In this document: one piece after another, positions 26,958 to 36,580 of the stretch | How positions within the stretch are numbered: position 1 is the stretch's first letter | Layout: every line of letters starts with the position of its first letter | Assembly (NCBI GenBank): GCA_965197495.1 | Contig: OZ240210.1 | Span: 3,803,836 to 3,867,835 of the forward strand | From: Candidatus Marinacidobacterales bacterium | Lineage (GTDB): Bacteria > Acidobacteriota > Vicinamibacteria > Marinacidobacterales > SMYC01 | DNA: 64,000 nt | Reading direction: 5' to 3' | The notes under the pieces: generated by a model | What the model was told of the DNA's origin: nothing | Seen by the model: the letters and a program-made list of their open reading frames with translations, nothing else | The model's database searches: none | Translations under genes and position numbers: made by a program

Positions 26958-27703
26958 GTGAGCTCGAGCTCCTTGTGGAGGTGGTCTACCTCGCCGGCCG
27001 TCGCCTCGACCGCAAGGCGCTTTTCCATGAGCCAGAGATAGAGAAAGGTGAAGGCCAGAAGCGTTACGAGAAAAGCGTGCGTCATCGCGGGCGCGAGCCC
27101 CGAATCGTCGCCCCCTCCGATGACGGGCTGCGGGTGTTGCGTGCGGAAGAGCCGGATCGCCATGAAAACGAAAGGCACGTTCACGTAGGCGATGATGCTG
27201 GTGACGGAAGCCAGATTAGCGCGCTTCGTCTCTTCGGGAACGTAGCGGCGGAGCATGAGGATTGCGAAATACATCAGCCAGCAGATGAGTGCCGAGGTGA
27301 GCCGCGGATCCCACGTCCAATAGATCCCCCAGATCGGTTTCGCCCAGATGGGTCCCGTCGTGATCCCGATGGTCATGAACAAGACGCCGATCTCCGTCGA
27401 GGCGAGGGCGACAGCGTCGAAGCGTCGATCCTTTTTCCAGAGATAGAAAACGGCGCTGAAGAAAGTAACGGTGAGCGCGAGGCCTGCGATCCACCAAGCC
27501 GAGATGTGGAAATAGAAGATACGTTGCACGTCACCCATCGTGCGCTCGGTAGGCGCATAGATGAATATGGCATAGAGGGAGACGGACATTGTGAGAAAAC
27601 AGACGACCGCGAGAGGTTTCGAAACGGCTTTGAGCACGGCTCCGATTATACTATGCGTCCATGGTGTGTCTTCCCTCGCAGGCCTCGGAGGCGACGCGGT
27701 CAA
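26954..27703 (-). CDS. ccmC: heme exporter protein CcmC
   Basis: WAKPIWGIYWTWDPRLTS (tryptophan-rich WGxxWxWDPR motif), plus conserved His contexts (FYFHISAWW). Confidence 0.85.
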   Translation of the reverse strand: MTASPPRPAREDTPWTHSIIGAVLKAVSKPLAVVCFLTMSVSLYAIFIYAPTERTMGDVQRIFYFHISAWWIAGLALTVTFFSAVFYLWKKDRRFDAVALASTEIGVLFMTIGITTGPIWAKPIWGIYWTWDPRLTSALICWLMYFAILMLRRYVPEETKRANLASVTSIIAYVNVPFVFMAIRLFRTQHPQPVIGGGDDSGLAPAMTHAFLVTLLAFTFLYLWLMEKRLAVEATAGEVDHLHKELELT

Positions 27704-28878
27704 ACCTCCTCCCTGTTGTCTTTTCGTGCCTCGGACATCTCTACATCCATCTTTGCACGGCGTTCTATTTCGTCATCGTGTTGTCGATCGAGGAGGACTG
27801 GCAACTTCCTTATCCCGAGCTCCTCGAGCTGTGGACGCTCGGCTCGCTTCTTGTCGGTGTGGCGGCGCTCCCGGCGGGACTCTTGAGCGACCGGATAGGC
27901 GCGAGCGCGATGATGGTCTTGTTCTTTGTTGGCATGGGTGGCGCGTCCATCGCCGCGGGCTTCGCGCCGTCGCCGCCTGCCCTGTTGGTAGCCCTTGCGG
28001 GTGTCGGGCTCTTCGCGGCGATCTATCATCCGGTGGGCATCCCATGGCTCGTTAGCAACGCTTCGACGAGCCGCGGGAAATTGCTCGGCATCAACGGGGT
28101 CTTTGGCGCCCTCGGCTCCGCCCTTGCGGGGCTTGCGGCGGGGGCGCTCATCGAACTCTCCGGCTGGCGAGCCGCGTTCATCGTGCCCGGGATCGTATGT
28201 GTCTCGACGGGCGTGGTTCTCTTCGCCTTTTGGGTCACGGGCGGCCTCGGAGAAAGCGCGCCACGCCCAAGCGCCAAAAAGCCAGTCTCTGTGTCCGACT
28301 CGCGCCGAGTCTTCCTAATTCTTCTCGTAACGATGTTCACGGCCGGGCTCATTTTCCACAGCACCCAAACGTCGCTCCCGAAGCTCTTCGAGCTCCAGAG
28401 CGAGGGGCTCGCGGGAGAGGGTGCTCTAGGTGTCGGGCTTCTCGTCGCGATCGTCTATGGCGCGGCGGGGCTCATGCAGGTGCTCGGCGGTCACCTCGCC
28501 GACCGGCTTCCGCTGAAATGGGTCTACGTCGGATCGATTGCGATTCAGATCCCCACCTTGTGGCTCGCTTCGAGGCTCGGAGGCCTCCCGCTCTTGCTCG
28601 TCGCGACGACGATGGTGATGGCCGGTGCGAGCGCTCTACCCGCGGAGAACCTTCTTCTCGCGCGCTACACACCGGAAAAGCATCACGGCCTAGCCTTCGG
28701 CTTGAAATTCGCGCTCAGCTTCGGTGCCGCGCCCCTCGCAGTCGGGCTCGTCGCCTACACTACGAGACGAACAGGTGAGCCGTCGCTCATTTACGTGTTG
28801 CTCGCTTTCGTTGCCCTCGCCACCTTTCTGTTCGCGATGTTCCTGCCCCGCGAGAACAGGCTTTCCGCCACCCCTTGA
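27661..28878 (+). CDS. MFS transporter
   Basis: 405 aa with ~12 TM. LSDRIGASAMM is the MFS loop 2-3-like motif. The start is uncertain, because the listed ATG overlaps the divergent ccmC by 43 bp. Confidence 0.75.
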   Translation: MVCLPSQASEATRSNLLPVVFSCLGHLYIHLCTAFYFVIVLSIEEDWQLPYPELLELWTLGSLLVGVAALPAGLLSDRIGASAMMVLFFVGMGGASIAAGFAPSPPALLVALAGVGLFAAIYHPVGIPWLVSNASTSRGKLLGINGVFGALGSALAGLAAGALIELSGWRAAFIVPGIVCVSTGVVLFAFWVTGGLGESAPRPSAKKPVSVSDSRRVFLILLVTMFTAGLIFHSTQTSLPKLFELQSEGLAGEGALGVGLLVAIVYGAAGLMQVLGGHLADRLPLKWVYVGSIAIQIPTLWLASRLGGLPLLLVATTMVMAGASALPAENLLLARYTPEKHHGLAFGLKFALSFGAAPLAVGLVAYTTRRTGEPSLIYVLLAFVALATFLFAMFLPRENRLSATP

Positions 28879-29013
28879 CAGATCCCGCTCCGCTTCCTAA
28901 CATGGATTAACGACCTAGAAAAGCGGCTTCCACAACCGCTCACATAACTCTCCACACGACTCGAGCCTAAAACTTGGGTACGGGAAGTCTGTACATGCAT
29001 CAAAGGTGATACC

Positions 29014-29238
29014 GTGAAAGATGAAGATCTCGTTAGTGGCTGCGTCTTGATCCTCGCTGTGGCGACGATCTACTTGTTAATGGCCGGCGTCGCGATTGCA
29101 ATGGCAAGAGACGGCCTCGTTCTCTGGGAAGACGCAAGCGCCGCCGTCGAAACAATCTCGACATTCGCCACCCTAACCGTAGGCGCCGTCGTGATAGCCC
29201 ACAGCACGAGTGGCCGCGCCAAGGCCCAAAAAAAATAG
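29014..29238 (+). CDS. small hypothetical membrane protein
   Basis: 74-aa ORF with a GTG start and two hydrophobic segments. I recognise no family. Confidence 0.3.
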   Translation: MKDEDLVSGCVLILAVATIYLLMAGVAIAMARDGLVLWEDASAAVETISTFATLTVGAVVIAHSTSGRAKAQKK

Positions 29239-29274
29239 CGCAACGCAAGGCGCAAGAAGAACAGCGCAAAAAGC

Positions 29275-29329
29275 GATCAATATTAAAAAAGCGTAACGCA
29301 AAGGCGCAAAGGCGCAAAGAAAAGAAAAG
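29275..29329. repeat. left copy of a ~55-bp inverted repeat bounding a 5-kb segment
   Basis: GATCAATATTAAAAAAGCGTAACGCAAAGGCGCAAAGGCGCAAAGAAAAGAAAA. The reverse complement of 34240-34295 differs by one substitution and one indel. Confidence 0.85.
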
Positions 29330-29488
29330 AAGAGCGCAACGCTAAAGTCGCGGAGGCCCAAGGAAAAACGGCGACGCGGATCCTTTCATCTTTTTGTTTT
29401 TTCGGATCTTCGGCCAAATTTGTGGGTAGAAACCGTTTGCGAGCGCCCCTTCATCAGACCATGGCGCTCGCCGACGTTGCGGGCACGT

Positions 29489-29568
29489 ATGGCCTATTGG
29501 AGGCTGCCGGGATTGTGGAAAACGCCAGAAGCACGTCCGCGAGCGGCGGTTAGGGATCGATTGTGAGC
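29489..29568. repeat. ~80-bp direct repeat, left copy, flanking the recombinase genes
   Basis: ATGGCCTAT..GCTGCCG.GATTGTGGAAAACGCC..TTAGGGA..TTGTGAGC. By eye about three quarters identical to 31474-31553. Confidence 0.7.
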
Positions 29569-29780
29569 TGATTCCACGGGCGTCACGGGGAGCGGGATTT
29601 GCGCCTTTCACTAATTTCTGCTGGAGGAAGTCCACCCCGTAGACCCGCTCCGCCATCAGCAAATTGTGTGCTGGGCATAATGCCGAGTCCGTGATTATGC
29701 CGAGTCGGGTGGTGCGCGTTGGAATAATGCGTGGTTGGCGCGGGCTCGATGCGATGGAACAGGAGTTGTACGCGGCATAA

Positions 29781-30179
29781 TCAGAGCCTCTCCAAGAAGG
29801 CGAGTAGCTTGTCGGGTGGGTGGAACCGTCCCGGCTTTGTATTGGGAGGTGCGGTTTTTTCGAGCGCGCGCTCCTGAGCGATGGACTCAAAAGAGATGTC
29901 TTCGTATTTCAGGTTGATGAGCTCTGAGACACGGAGCCCGGTTTCGCTCATCGTGAGCAAGAGCGCGTGATCTCGAGCGCCGTTCCAAGAGTTTCGGTTG
30001 GAAGCTTCGATCAAGGCATCGGCTTCGGTGCGTGTCAAGAAGCAGACGAGGTTGCGGTCAAAGCGCTTAAGCGGGAATTCGACGAACTTGCCGAGCTCGT
30101 ACTCGGCTCTGTCGAGTTTGAAGCCGAGAGCACGACGCACAGCCAAGTAGGAGTCGAGAGCGAGTCCAAGCTCGTTCAT
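29781..30179 (-). pseudogene. tyrosine recombinase remnant (internal deletion, catalytic C-terminus missing)
   Basis: An N-terminal SAM-like segment LALDSYLAVRRALGFKLDRAEYELGKFVEF is joined directly to FLTRTEADALIEA..ARDHALLLTMSETGLRVSELINLKYEDISF (catalytic Arg box). No HxxR or Tyr boxes follow. The start overlaps the upstream recombinase stop (ATGA). Confidence 0.65.
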
Positions 30180-31394
30180 GCGTCACCCCCTGGCCATGGC
30201 TGGGCCAGTTCCCGCAAAGTAGAGTGGTCGACTTTGGCGTAGATGGCAGTTGTATCAATGCTTTGATGTCGCAGAACAAGCGCAACGTCGGTGAGACGAT
30301 GCTCCGTGGCGGAGCATCTGCGTTGCTGCAGTATGGCGGAGACGATGAGCGCCGATTCGAGGTAGGCCCGCACACGCTGAAGCGTCCGCGACGCTCGCAG
30401 TAACGCGATGGCCAGTCAAACGCCGATAAGGCGCCCGAGTGGTAAGAAAAAGCGATCTAGATGTTGAGAATGCGGATGGACGTCCTCGTTGCAGATATCC
30501 AGCAATCGCTTGTCCAACATCACTGGGCAGGGGCAACCGTGCGTCGGCATCGCCTTTGCCATGGAGAACGAGTTCGCCTGCGCGCCAATCGATATCGTCC
30601 AGTTCAATAGCCGCCACCTCGCAGCTACGAAGTCCGAGTCGCGCCAGCAGAAGCATGATGGCGAAGTTACGGCGACCCACTTGGGTCCGGCGGTCGCAAC
30701 TCTTCAGAAGCTGTTGAAGCTCTTGAGGCGAAATGAACTTGGGTACACCCGCTTGCCGCCAACCCGCAACTGCAGGTACAGCACCCACCAGATCGTTTTG
30801 GAGATCGCCGCGAAGATGCAGGAAGCGAAGTAGTGAACGCACCACGCTGACCATAAGTTTCGTGGTGCCTACGCTCGATGTTTCAGACTCGTGCAGGATG
30901 AAACCGGTGATGTCGTTAGCGCTCAGGCAGCTGAGTTCAAGGCTATTCGAGTCAAACCGATGCGATAGGAACTTCTTGGCGTAGGAACGATAATAGCCGC
31001 GGGCCGTCGAAGCTTGGAGCCCACGTTCTTTGACCAGGAACTGTTCGTACTCATCCAAAAGATCGTCGCCCGCGCTGCGCGGCACCACAGATTCCGGAAG
31101 CGACACAACTCCCTTTGCTTCCAGATACCGCAGAATCGCATCGAGCGACCGTGGCGTTACATTCCTTCTGTAACCAGCACGTCTTCTCTCGCCAAAAAAC
31201 GCCTCGACATGTTCACGCGTAAGAGCGCTCAGCCGCACCCCGGCGTCGACAAGCCAGCGACTTAGTTGGCTCGCTAGCCGCAATTTGCACTGGCTAACAA
31301 GCGGTGTATAGCCCTGCGCGAGTAGGTACGACCACACTTCACCGATGTAAGGCGCAAGCTGGCCGGGAAAACGGATTTTCGGCACGATCGCCAT
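30176..31394 (-). pseudogene. tyrosine recombinase/integrase with a 1-nt frameshift near 30297
   Basis: The start MAIVPKIRF follows GGAAGGAGG. It carries ARLGLRSCEV (Arg box) and AHRLRHTAATQMLRHGAS. A second frame continues LTDVALVLRHQSIDTTAIYAKVDHSTLRELAQPW (catalytic Tyr box). Confidence 0.75.
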
Positions 31395-31473
31395 GGGACC
31401 TCCTTCCCCGGGCACATGCCCGGAAGGCCGTACCATGGCACAAAGAAATGGATGGGATTATGCCGACCAGGGC

Positions 31474-31790
31474 ATGGCCTATGGACGCTGCCGCGATTGT
31501 GGAAAACGCCGGAAACTCCGGGCGAGAGAGGCGTTTAGGGAAAGGTTGTGAGCACGTACAAACGTGGAGCGGCGTTTTCCACAATCGCTTGGAAAACGCT
31601 TCGCGTTTCCCACGAGCGCCCACAGGCCCCTCCTGATATATATACAAGAAAGATTAATTCATATGGAATAAGGAAGGGGGGGCTCGATTAGTGGAGGCTA
31701 TGGAAAACGCCCTTCCAGGCTTCGAAGAGAACTCAGTCGTGAGCAAGGTCTGAACGACCAGAACCGTGGGGGCGTTTCCCACAGCCTCGT
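31474..31790. repeat. right copy of the 80-bp direct repeat followed by three successive hairpins built from a TGGAAAACGCC-type motif
   Basis: GCGATTGTGGAAAACGCC (31493-31510) pairs perfectly with GGCGTTTTCCACAATCGC (31571-31588). GGAAAACGC-TTC-GCGTTTCCC lies at 31591-31611. GAGGCTATGGAAAACGCCC (31694-31712) pairs with GGGCGTTTCCCACAGCCTC (31770-31788). Confidence 0.7.
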
Positions 31791-31814
31791 CTCCCGCTGA
31801 GGGGCAGTGGCATT

Positions 31815-33146
31815 TGGTGAGGCCCGTGGGTTGAGAGGGTAAGCCATGTGTAGATGCGCATCGGCGAGAACGCTAGAATCTTTTTTTCCGAAAGAGAAAA
31901 GAGCGTTCCCGCGATGCGCGTTACTACGTTAGTCAACAAGCTCATCGGATTGCAAGGCCTGTGGGTCCGAGGTTTCCACTTCCAGGCGGACAAAGCCAGA
32001 GTGGTGGTGGATGTAGTACCACGGAGGAGGAAGCCTCTGTGCGGGATTTGCGGACGAAAGGTCCGCAAGAACAAAGATCGCTACAATCGCTACTGGCGGC
32101 ACTTGGACCTGTTCGGAGTCCGGACCTATCTACTCGATCCGACGAGTGGTATGTCGGCGGTGTGGAGTGGTCAGAGAAAAGGTGCCTTGGGCCGACAAGG
32201 GAAGCCGCTTTACCAAAAGCTTCGAACAAGAGGTAGCGTGGCTGGCACAGAGGACGGACGTCAGCGCCGTAGCGAACTATTTCCGAGTGACGTGGCGTTC
32301 GGTGCGACGGATCATCCAGCGAGTGGTTGCCGAGCAGCGGGATGAGCGGCGCGAGCTCGATGGATTGCGGGTGATTGGGATGGACGAGATCAGCTACCGC
32401 AAACGCCACAAGTACTTAACAGTGGTAATAGACCATCTCAGCGGCCGGGTCGTCTGGGCGGGAAAGGAGCGCAAGGCCAAGACGCTGCTGCGGTTTTTCC
32501 GCAAGCTCGGACCACAAAGAGCCGCGGAGCTCGAAGCGGTCAGCATGGACATGTGGGAGCCGTACATAACTGTCGTCGGCAAAAAGGCTCCTCAGGCACG
32601 GGTGATCTTTGACCGCTTCCACATCGTCAAGCATCTGAACGAGGCCGTGGATAAGACCCGGCGCGAGCTGGTGCGCGAGCTCAAAGGGACTGCCCGACGC
32701 AACCTCAAGAACACCAAGTTTCCCCTTCTCAAGGCCAAACACAACCGCAGCGCGAAAGACAAACGGGTGCTCCGCGAGCAGGTGCGAGCTAATCGTCGCC
32801 TCTACCGCGCCATGCTTCTGCGCGACGACTTCATGGACCTCTACACCTACAAAACCGAGACATGGGCCAAGAAGTTTCTCCGAGGATGGCTGCGGCGCGC
32901 TATGAGCTCGAGGATAGAGCCCGTCAAACGCGCGGCGAAGATGATCCGCAGCCACTTCGATGGCGTCATCGCGTGGGTCACGTGGAGACTCAGCAACGGC
33001 CGACTCGAAGGAATGAACAACAAAATCCGGCTGCTGAGCCACCGCAGCTTTGGACTCCACTCTGCCGAAGCTCTCATCAGTCTCGTCTACCTAAACTGTG
33101 GCGGTCTCACCCTTGAGAGGATCCACTGAAATGGCAGGAGAGGCAT
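31815..33146 (+). mobile_element. ISL3-family insertion sequence (boundaries approximate)
   Basis: It contains the ISL3 transposase gene. Only weak end similarity is visible (GCATTTGGTGAGG.. versus the reverse complement CCATTTCAGTGGA..). The right end lies where the HNH reading frame loses family resemblance. Confidence 0.5.
31914..33129 (+). pseudogene. ISL3-family transposase with a frameshift near 32130
   Basis: Frame 1: MRVTTLVNKLIGLQGLWVRGFHFQ..PLCGICGRKVRK..YWRHLDLFGVRTYL. Frame 2: YSIRRVVCRRCGVVREKVPWADKGSRFTKSFE..GMDEISYRKRHKYLTVV..GRLEGMNNKIRLL. Confidence 0.8.
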
Positions 33147-34026
33147 ACAAACATTGATAGCCATCACGTTCGTGAACCCGCTCGGAAACCTCCGAGGCGA
33201 CGTAGCGACTCTCGGTGCGCTCGTCTTTTTCGCCATCTCGTTCTGAACGAGATGGCTCAGAGGCTGCTTCCTGCCTCTTCCTCCGCCGCTCGAGTTTCTT
33301 CTTCGGGTCCTTTTTGTCGAGCGCGATGTCGAGCGCTTTCTCCAAGATCTCGGCCATGTTCTTCTGGGCGTTGTCGACCCCCACGACCTCGGCCAGTCGC
33401 TCGAACTTGTCTTTGAAATCCCGTGTCGCCGAGAAGCGAAAGTTGTACAACTCCGGAGTTGCGGGCTGCAGGATGGGTGGAGAGCTCTTCGGCGGGTCCG
33501 CGGGCGGAGGGGTTGATGGCGGCGATGGCGGCGGCGTCGAAGTGGGTCGACTGGACTCGGCTCGCACGGGGCGCTTGCGGATCGACGGCTCGAAGACAGG
33601 CTTTGGCTTAAGCGCCACGAGGTACTCCTCTGTCTCCCGGCGCCTCATCCCGGCGCAGTCGGAAATGAGCATTTCGATGTTGTCCTCAGTAAGGTGGGGT
33701 GCGAGAAGGCACGCGACCGTGAGGCTGATACGACTCTCGGCCAGCGCGGCGAGTAGCTGAGGGAAACGCCGCGACACGTTTGCGACATGAATGCGCGCGG
33801 GCACGGCCCCTTCGCTCAAGTTGAGCCGCCTGGCGGCATAGTCGTACAGACTCTTGTACCCAAGCTCGAGCGCCGTCTTTCGCTCGGACATCTCGGCGAG
33901 ATGCGCAATGATCTTGGCGACGCTCCTATTCTCGCTCTTGACCAGCGTCTGGGCGGACCGATCGAGCTCGTCGTGAGAAAGTCGTTCGAGCTTGGTGAAG
34001 TAGGACTTGAATTTTTCGATCATCAT
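33091..34026 (-). pseudogene. HNH-endonuclease-family gene truncated at its 3' end by the ISL3 insertion
   Basis: The N-terminal region is typical of a widespread HNH endonuclease family (AKIIAHLAEMSERKTALELGYKSLYDYAARRLNLSEGAVPARIHVA..LLAPHLTEDN). The frame ends ..RVHERDGYQCLYASP just before the HNH catalytic motif. The last ~15 codons are read from the IS end. Confidence 0.6.
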
Positions 34027-34239
34027 CTCTCCCGCAGTAATGAATTATACTCCGGTCTTTTTGTACGCCCTGAGACGGCTCCGAGCCGTTACGAACGGAG
34101 CGAATCGAAACGAAAGTCAAAATGTCTGATAGGAGCGCAGCAGTGCCCTACAGTGCGAATGTGAGCGCCGTTTCTAGACACGATGGCCCCGCGACATATT
34201 TTGTCGTGCGAAACCTGTCAAGTCTTTTTCTCGATATTT

Positions 34240-34295
34240 TTTTCTTTTCCTTTGCGCCTTTGCGCCTTTGCGTTACGCTTTTCTTAATATTGATC
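34240..34295. repeat. right copy of the ~55-bp inverted repeat
   Basis: TTTTCTTTTCCTTTGCGCCTTTGCGCCTTTGCGTTACGCTTTTCTTAATATTGATC. Confidence 0.85.
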
Positions 34296-34407
34296 CTTCC
34301 GAGCTCGAGTGGGCCTCTGGAGCTTACCTGGTTTGAATAGACGGACGCATCTGGAGGGTTCCCCCTTATAATGTCGCGCCAGTCGGAGCTGGTCACGAGG
34401 GACAAAG

Positions 34408-34533
34408 ATGTTCGGTTTGCCTTGGAGTACCACCCTGCTCGTCTTCGGATTTCCTCTTATTTGGATTCTCTACACCGTGGGCTTTCTGCTCGTGACCCGA
34501 GATTGGGGCCGTGAGGAAGAGGAGTCTCGGTGA
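34408..34533 (+). CDS. small membrane protein upstream of the symporter (DUF3311-like)
   Basis: Not in the ORF track (41 aa). Own translation: MFGLPWSTTLLVFGFPLIWILYTVGFLLVTRDWGREEEESR. The stop overlaps the GTG start of the symporter (GTGA). Confidence 0.55.
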   Translation: MFGLPWSTTLLVFGFPLIWILYTVGFLLVTRDWGREEEESR

Positions 34534-36101
34534 ACGCGACGGTTCTTGCGTTTCTCGTTCTCTACTACCTTGTCGTTCTCGGCATCGGGTTTTGGGCCAT
34601 GAGGCGCGGGGCGGGGGAGGGTCTCGAGGGCTACCTCTTGGGCGGCCGTGACGTCGGACCGCTCGTCACGGCGCTCACGCTTCAGAGCACGTCGATGAGC
34701 GGCTACATGTTCTTGGGCGCCGGCTCGTTAGCTTATACCACCGGCTATTGGTCGCTTTGGTTCGCGGCCGGGGATATTGGTGGGGGGGTTCTCAACCTCT
34801 CCATCATCGGACGCCGGATGCGCAAGCTGTCTCAGATCATGGGCTCGCTTACCGCGATTGAGTATCTCGAGGCCCGGTACCCATCGCTCGCGACGCGCCT
34901 CATCGCGGCGAGTGTCTCCGTTTTCGTGCTGGCGTTTTATGTGCTCGCGCAGTTCATAGCGGGTGGGAAAGGGATGGAGCTCGTAACCGGGCTTCCCTAT
35001 TCTTGGGCGCTTCTCATCGCTCTCGCTATCATTATTACGTACACGTTTCTGGGCGGTTATCTGGCGGTCGCTTACACGGACTTTTTTCAAAGCGTCGTGA
35101 TGTTGGTCGGCGTCGCTTGGATTCTTGCCGCGGCGCTCATCCATGTGGGCGGCTTTACCGCCGCCAATCTCGCGCTCGCGGAGATCGACCCGACGCTCCT
35201 CTCGATTTGGGGCCGTGATCTGGCGTTCCAAGGCCAGTGGGGCGTTGTCGCGGGCGCGGTGCTCGTCTTCTCCGCCGGTTATATGGGTTGGCCGCATGTC
35301 GTGACCCGGCACATGGCGATGAAGCGGCCAGAGACGGCGCGACTCGCGGGCGCCTATGCCACGCTCTGGAACCTGCTGTTCGTCTCGGCGCCTTACATCG
35401 TGGGCCTTCTGGCGATTTTGATCCTGCCCAACCTAGACGACCCCGAGCTCGCCATCTTTCAAGTGGCGGAGATCCTTCTCCCGGCGGCCGTGACGGGAAT
35501 CGTGATGGCGGCGATCATGGCGGCGATCATGTCCACCGCGGATTCTTTGCTCTTGCAGACCGGTTCGATCGCGTCGCGGGATCTCTACGAGCGCTTCATC
35601 AACCCGAAGGCATCGGAGCAGCAGATGGTCTGGGTGTCGCGTATCCTCGTGCTCGCCATCGGCGTGATCGGCTACGTCGTGGCGCTTCTTGAGCCGCCCG
35701 CTGTCGCTTTCGTCGTCATCTTCGCGACCTCTATTCTCGGAAGCGCCTTCGCACCGGCTTTCTTCTGCGCCGTGTGGTGGAGAAAAGCCAATACCCCCGG
35801 CGCCGTCGCGTCGATGGTGAGCGGCACCGTCGTCTCCATCACGTGGGAGCTGGCCGGGCTCGCGGAGCCGACGACTTTGGCGCCCGTGACCGTCGGCCTC
35901 TTCGTCTCGAGCATCACGATTGTCGTCGTGAGCCTCGCCACCCAGAGCTCCTCTCCCGTTCCCGCCCACGTGCTCAGAGCGATGGAGGAGACGACGAGGC
36001 TCGGCCCGATCCCGAGAGAGATGATGGCGAGGTCGGACTTTGCCCTCCGGCCCGAAGCGGAGGAGATCGCGTCGCTCCTCGAAGACAGCGACCCGCCGTG
36101 A
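34530..36101 (+). CDS. sodium:solute symporter (SSF family)
   Basis: 523 aa with ~13 TM. Contains GGRDVGPLVTALTLQSTSMSGYMFLGA and GGYLAVAYTDFFQ. Confidence 0.85.
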   Translation: MNATVLAFLVLYYLVVLGIGFWAMRRGAGEGLEGYLLGGRDVGPLVTALTLQSTSMSGYMFLGAGSLAYTTGYWSLWFAAGDIGGGVLNLSIIGRRMRKLSQIMGSLTAIEYLEARYPSLATRLIAASVSVFVLAFYVLAQFIAGGKGMELVTGLPYSWALLIALAIIITYTFLGGYLAVAYTDFFQSVVMLVGVAWILAAALIHVGGFTAANLALAEIDPTLLSIWGRDLAFQGQWGVVAGAVLVFSAGYMGWPHVVTRHMAMKRPETARLAGAYATLWNLLFVSAPYIVGLLAILILPNLDDPELAIFQVAEILLPAAVTGIVMAAIMAAIMSTADSLLLQTGSIASRDLYERFINPKASEQQMVWVSRILVLAIGVIGYVVALLEPPAVAFVVIFATSILGSAFAPAFFCAVWWRKANTPGAVASMVSGTVVSITWELAGLAEPTTLAPVTVGLFVSSITIVVVSLATQSSSPVPAHVLRAMEETTRLGPIPREMMARSDFALRPEAEEIASLLEDSDPP

Positions 36102-36580
36102 AGACGGAGCTTCTGGCGATACGGGGAGATTTTACGGCGGAGGCGTGTGAAGGCGTCGTCCGGACGGCGTCGCCGTCGTCGAGCCCGCGAGCCCGCCGTC
36201 GTCTGTTCTACCCTTACTTCTGGTTCCAGCTGCGTTACGAGGTGGGCACCTTGCTCGGGAAGAGTGCTCTTCGGGTCGAGTGTCTCGTCGATGCGCGCAC
36301 CCGGGTGAGCTCGACCTCCGATCCGTTCGAGCTCGATCCGGTCGAAGCGGACGAAGCTGAGGTCGTTGCGCCGCGTCTCGAAGTTGCTGAAGCGCTACGG
36401 CTCGCTGAGCGCTACGCGTCCTACGTCGTGAAGAGCCGCCGCAAGGCGCTCGTGACGCCGAAGAGGGAAGTCCTGGACCAGCGACTCGTCTACAAGCCGT
36501 TTTGGATCGTCGATTGCGCCGAGGCTTACACGCTGCTCGTCGACGGGGTCACCGGCGGCTTCCATCCTCTCAATCGATAG
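36098..36580 (+). CDS. hypothetical protein, translationally coupled to the symporter
   Basis: GTG at 36098 overlaps the symporter stop (GTGA). 160 aa (..LFYPYFWFQLRYEV..LVYKPFWIVDC..). I recognise no family. Confidence 0.45.
   Translation: MKTELLAIRGDFTAEACEGVVRTASPSSSPRARRRLFYPYFWFQLRYEVGTLLGKSALRVECLVDARTRVSSTSDPFELDPVEADEAEVVAPRLEVAEALRLAERYASYVVKSRRKALVTPKREVLDQRLVYKPFWIVDCAEAYTLLVDGVTGGFHPLNR

Noticed and set aside
27661-27703. 43-bp divergent overlap of the MFS and ccmC start codons
   Set aside because: This is most likely a start-codon annotation artefact on one or both genes rather than a real overlap.
29342-29890. 182-aa minus-strand ORF downstream of the recombinase remnant, considered as a possible third recombinase (RIT-like trio)
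   Set aside because: The translation is Ser/Pro/Arg-rich without any tyrosine-recombinase box, and it spans the repeat motifs. I therefore do not call a recombinase-in-trio element, since only two recombinase genes are supportable.
32120-32140. Programmed ribosomal frameshift in the ISL3 transposase (and likewise at ~6850 in M50-HlyD)
   Set aside because: There is no slippery A/T-rich heptamer at either site, and ISL3 transposases are normally single ORFs. These are treated as mutations or sequence errors.
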